Source: Slackia sp.
Lineage (GTDB): Bacteria > Actinomycetota > Coriobacteriia > Coriobacteriales > Eggerthellaceae
Length of the DNA: 64,000 nucleotides
NCBI GenBank assembly: GCA_029266945.1
Contig: JARIED010000023.1
Coordinates: 34,491 to 98,490, forward strand
Direction of reading: 5' to 3'
The position numbers and the translations under genes were made by a program. The notes under the pieces are model-generated. The model saw only the letters and a program-made list of their open reading frames with translations, did not search any database and was not told the DNA's origin. Below, in pieces: positions 60,947 through 64,000 of this stretch; positions within the stretch are counted from its first letter, which is position 1; every line of letters begins with the position of its first letter.

Positions 60947-61441
60947 ATGACTGAAGAATATCGGGAGCCCTGTCCCACCTTCGCCATCATCACCTGCTCC
61001 GACACGCGCACGCTCGAAACCGACTCCGCGGGCGCGGCGCTCGAGGCGCTCATCGCCGAACGCGGCTGGACCTGCCTCGATCGCGTCGTGGTGGAAGACG
61101 ATCGCCCCTTCATTTCGGGCGCCCTGCTCCACGCGATTCAAGACCTCGAAGCCGACTTCGTGCTGACCTGCGGCGGCAGCGGCCTTTCCCCGCGTGACGT
61201 GACCCCCGAGGCCACGCGCGACGTGTGCACGCGCGACGTCCCCGGCATCGCCGAGGCCATGCGCGCCCACAGCATGCGCATCACGCCCCGCGCCATGCTG
61301 TCTCGCGCCGTATGCATGCAGCGCGATAACAGCATCGTCATCAACCTGCCTGGCAGCGAGAAGGCGGCCCGTGAAAACTGGGAGGGAATCGTCGACGTGC
61401 TGCCGCACGCCGCCCTCATGATGCAGGGTGCAGGCCACTAA
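60947..61441 (+). CDS. MogA/MoaB-family molybdenum cofactor biosynthesis protein
   Basis: FAIITCSDTR, LTCGGSGLSPRDVTPEAT, LSR, LPGSEKAA. The start was trimmed to MTEEYRE behind GAAAGAGGAA. Confidence 0.88.
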   Translation: MTEEYREPCPTFAIITCSDTRTLETDSAGAALEALIAERGWTCLDRVVVEDDRPFISGALLHAIQDLEADFVLTCGGSGLSPRDVTPEATRDVCTRDVPGIAEAMRAHSMRITPRAMLSRAVCMQRDNSIVINLPGSEKAARENWEGIVDVLPHAALMMQGAGH

Positions 61442-61454
61442 AACCGACACAGCG

Positions 61455-61486
61455 AACGAGGCCGCGATCGCGGCCTCGTTTCGTCT
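61455..61486 (+). terminator. Terminator hairpin after the mogA/moaB-family gene
   Basis: 20-nt perfect palindrome GAGGCCGCGATCGCGGCCTC, flanked by AAC and GTT and followed by TCGTCT. Confidence 0.55.
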
Positions 61487-61501
61487 ACCCTCCAAACAAG
61501 C

Positions 61502-61530
61502 AGAGGCGCGAGCGGGTCGCTCGCGCCTCT
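61502..61530 (-). terminator. Hairpin downstream of moaC
   Basis: AGAGGCGCGAGCG-ggt-CGCTCGCGCCTCT. On the minus strand it is followed by GCTTGTTTGG. Confidence 0.45.
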
Positions 61531-61609
61531 CGAACTTGAAACTCGAAAAACCGCGCAGGAAAGACGAAGCTCGCAACCCTCGCAGAAGGACGGCGGCGCA
61601 GCAGACGAC

Positions 61610-62119
61610 CTATTCGCACCCCTGCGAACGCTCCCACAGACCCGTCTTGCCGCCGTCTTTCTTAAGGAGTCTCACGTCCATGATTTCCATGCCGCGATCG
61701 ACCGCCTTGCACATGTCGTAAACGGTCAGGCATGCAACGCTCGCAGCCGTGAGCGCTTCCATCTCGATGCCGGTCTTGCCGGTAACGCCGCACGTCGTGG
61801 TGATATGGATGCCCACCAGGCCGTCGGCTCGCTCGCCCTCGCGCACCGGGTCGCACGACACCTTCGCCTTCGTGATGTTGAGCGGATGGCACATGGGAAT
61901 AAGCTCGCTGGTCTTTTTCGCCGCCATCACGCCCGCCACGCGCGCGCAGGCGAGCACATCGCCTTTCGCGGCCGTGCCCGACGTGATCAGCGCGAGGGTC
62001 TCGGGCTTCATCGCAATGAAGCCTTCCGCCACGGCAACGCGCTCGGTGTCGGCCTTCTGCGACACGTCCACCATGCGCACGTCGCCCTGTTCGTCGATAT
62101 GGGTCAACGTCTCGGTCAT
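61610..62119 (-). CDS. moaC: Cyclic pyranopterin monophosphate synthase
   Basis: LTHIDEQGDVRMVDVS.K..T.R.A, IPMCHPL, MEALTA.SVA.LT.YDM.K. Confidence 0.93.
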   Translation of the reverse strand: MTETLTHIDEQGDVRMVDVSQKADTERVAVAEGFIAMKPETLALITSGTAAKGDVLACARVAGVMAAKKTSELIPMCHPLNITKAKVSCDPVREGERADGLVGIHITTTCGVTGKTGIEMEALTAASVACLTVYDMCKAVDRGMEIMDVRLLKKDGGKTGLWERSQGCE

Positions 62120-62128
62120 TGTTCTCTC

Positions 62129-63133
62129 CTATCCGCCGATCTGGCTCATGCCGCGTCGGGTTCCCACCTTATCGTGATGCTCGTCGGGCTTGGCACCCAG
62201 GGCTTCGTACAAAACGGCGCGCACCGCGTCGTCGGATTCACCCGAGCGAAGCGCCGCCCGCACGTCGAATTCCTCGTCGGAGAACAGACAGGGCCTGATC
62301 TTGCCGTCGGCCGTCAAGCGCAGCCTGTTGCATTCGCTGCAGAAGTGGCGCGAAAGCGGCGAGATGAACCCCACCGTTCCCTGCGCGTTCTCGAACTCGA
62401 AATAGCGCGCAGGACCCCAGCCCGAAGGCGTACGCTTCGAAGCAGGACGCAGGCGTCCGAGCCCCGCGGCTTCGGCCCGCTCGTCGATCATCGCGCGCAG
62501 CTCGTCGCTCGGGATGACGTCTTCTTTGCCCCATCCGCACCCGCACGACCCGGCGCTTGCGCCCACCGGCATGTACTCGATGAAGCGCACATGCAACGGC
62601 CGGTCGATCGACATGCGCGCGAACGACAAGACGTCCTGGTTCAGCGAACGCACGACCACGGCGTTCAGCTTCACGGGCGAAAAGCCCGCCTCAAGCGCCG
62701 CGTCGATGCCCGCCATGGCATCCTCGAACGAGCCGCAGCGCGTGATGGCGCGATACTGCTCGGGATCGAGCGTGTCGAGCGAGATGTTCACACGCGAAAG
62801 GCCCGCTTCCGACAGCTCGTCGGCCATGCGCGGCAGCAGGATGCCGTTCGTCGTCAACGCGACGCTTTCGATACCCGAGATGCTCTTCAGCGCACGCACC
62901 AAACCCGTCACGCCGCGGCGTACGAGCGGCTCGCCGCCCGTCAACCTGACACGCGTGATACCCATGTCCGCCGCGATCCGCACCAGGCGCTCGATTTCCT
63001 CGAGCGTCAGGATGTCGTCGTGCGAAAGCGCGTGGACCCCCTCTTCGGGCATGCAGTAAATGCAGCGGAGATTGCACCGGTCCGTCAAAGAGATGCGCAG
63101 ATAATCTATCGTGCGCCCGTGAGAATCCTTCAT
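62129..63133 (-). CDS. moaA: GTP 3',8-cyclase (radical SAM)
   Basis: RISLTDRCNLRCIYCMP (CxxxCxxC), a GGEPL motif and a C-terminal Cys cluster (FCSECNRLRLTADG). The start was trimmed to MKDSHGR behind AAAGGGGAGGGG. Confidence 0.93.
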   Translation of the reverse strand: MKDSHGRTIDYLRISLTDRCNLRCIYCMPEEGVHALSHDDILTLEEIERLVRIAADMGITRVRLTGGEPLVRRGVTGLVRALKSISGIESVALTTNGILLPRMADELSEAGLSRVNISLDTLDPEQYRAITRCGSFEDAMAGIDAALEAGFSPVKLNAVVVRSLNQDVLSFARMSIDRPLHVRFIEYMPVGASAGSCGCGWGKEDVIPSDELRAMIDERAEAAGLGRLRPASKRTPSGWGPARYFEFENAQGTVGFISPLSRHFCSECNRLRLTADGKIRPCLFSDEEFDVRAALRSGESDDAVRAVLYEALGAKPDEHHDKVGTRRGMSQIGG

Positions 63134-63279
63134 GGAGGCCCCTCCCCTTTTTATACTCATACGCGAATAGTATAAAGCATGCAGAAAGCCCTGAACGAAA
63201 AACGGCACTCGCGCGGCCCCATATACGACAGGCGCCCGACCGAAGCCGGGAGCCTGTCGCCATAGCATCTTGCTTTTCG

Positions 63280-64000
63280 CTACCGCGTGACCAGATACAT
63301 GCTGCGCGGCGGTATTTCGATCAGGAACTCATCGCCCTCCTCGGGCAAGAGGTCGCGCGACGCGGCCAGCTTATCCACCTTCCACTGGATATGGTTCTTG
63401 AGAAACTTCATCGTGCTGTCCTCTTCTGCGGCGTCTTTCGCCACGGCAAGCCCCTCCGCGTCGAGGAACGACAGCATCACGGTGCGCTCGAAGCGCGAAT
63501 CGCTCACGCGGTCGGCCCGCACGCGGAACACGTTGGGGCCCGGCTCGCTCGCGCGGCGCAGCATGAACGCACGCACGCCGAACCACTTCACGTCGCGCGG
63601 CACCGCCTCGGCCGCATGGAGCGTGATGCCCCATTCGGGCAGGCGCACCTCGTGATCGCCCGCATATACGGCGGGCGTCGTGTTCTTGCACCCCGACAGC
63701 TTCACCGCGGCAAGGCTCGTGGGATGGTGGACCACCTGATCCTTGGGACCTATTTCGTCGATATGGCCCGCATCGACCACGGCGATGCGGTCGCAGAAGC
63801 GATAGGCTTCGTCGATATCGTGGCTCACGTACAGAATCGTGCCTTCGAACTCTTCGAACAAGCCGATGAGATTCTGCTCGAGCGAGCTTTTCAGATGCGC
63901 GTCAAGCGCGGAAAACGGCTCGTCCAGCATGAGGATCCCAGGATTCGCCGCCAGCATGCGCGCAAGCGCGACGCGCTGCTGCTGGCCGCCCGAGAGCTGG
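63280..64000 (-). CDS. ABC transporter ATP-binding protein with a C-terminal regulatory (TOBE-like) domain, partial (5' end beyond the window)
   Basis: The frame continues to the window edge through the signature (LSGGQQQRVALAR). Walker B is ILMLDEPFSALD and the H-loop is YVSHD. The position beside Moco genes suggests molybdate/tungstate or a related anion importer, but this is not proven. Confidence 0.85.
   Translation of the reverse strand, partial: QLSGGQQQRVALARMLAANPGILMLDEPFSALDAHLKSSLEQNLIGLFEEFEGTILYVSHDIDEAYRFCDRIAVVDAGHIDEIGPKDQVVHHPTSLAAVKLSGCKNTTPAVYAGDHEVRLPEWGITLHAAEAVPRDVKWFGVRAFMLRRASEPGPNVFRVRADRVSDSRFERTVMLSFLDAEGLAVAKDAAEEDSTMKFLKNHIQWKVDKLAASRDLLPEEGDEFLIEIPPRSMYLVTR

Noticed and set aside
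63134-63279. Moco riboswitch upstream of moaA
   Set aside because: The context fits, but I cannot recognise the consensus P1/P3 features from memory with confidence. It is reported only as a structured leader.

Overview
This is a high-GC window, roughly 63-66% judged by eye, with almost every real gene on the minus strand. Gene content suggests Actinomycetota, probably Coriobacteriia and Eggerthellaceae-like: many molybdoenzyme genes, c-type cytochromes and multi-TM LuxR-type regulators. That taxonomic call is an inference.

The backbone is housekeeping. It includes nfo, aspS-hisS, an M16 peptidase, a DUF47/PiT phosphate pair, recJ-relA, pth, prs, glmU, trmB, glmM, luxS, rplM-rpsI, trx, argS and a Moco-biosynthesis cluster (moeA, mogA/moaB, moaC, moaA and an ABC ATPase).

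Several accessory modules sit between these genes:
1. A DUF1177-like / DUF917 / hydantoinase-like / DUF917 gene set lies directly upstream of a five-gene Opp/Dpp/Nik-family ABC importer. One importer ATPase has a His-rich N-terminus.
2. A UvrA paralogue appears to lack the UvrB-binding insert.
3. An HpaII-like restriction endonuclease and a C5-cytosine methyltransferase are bounded on the luxS side by a sharply AT-rich, hairpin-dense 260-bp junction.
4. A decaying DmsABC-type reductase locus has a twice-frameshifted catalytic gene, an internally shortened and Cys-depleted FeS subunit, and a LuxR regulator broken by two in-frame stops plus a frameshift.
5. The strongest novelty candidate is a two-gene operon encoding a tri-haem cytochrome c fused to a sulfite-oxidase-fold (Moco-type) domain, plus a haem-less paralogue. 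Both carry non-twin-arginine signal peptides. An intact multi-TM LuxR sensor-regulator is transcribed divergently from it.

Other notable points are a RecJ-RecQ-like helicase fusion with a Cys-rich linker, a three-unit degenerate tandem repeat with compensatory hairpin changes, and a nested inverted-repeat element in a 440-bp operon leader.

I saw no rRNA, tRNA or CRISPR array. Most long plus-strand ORFs in the track are antisense shadows typical of high-GC DNA. All family assignments come from motif recognition by eye. No searches or computations were run.
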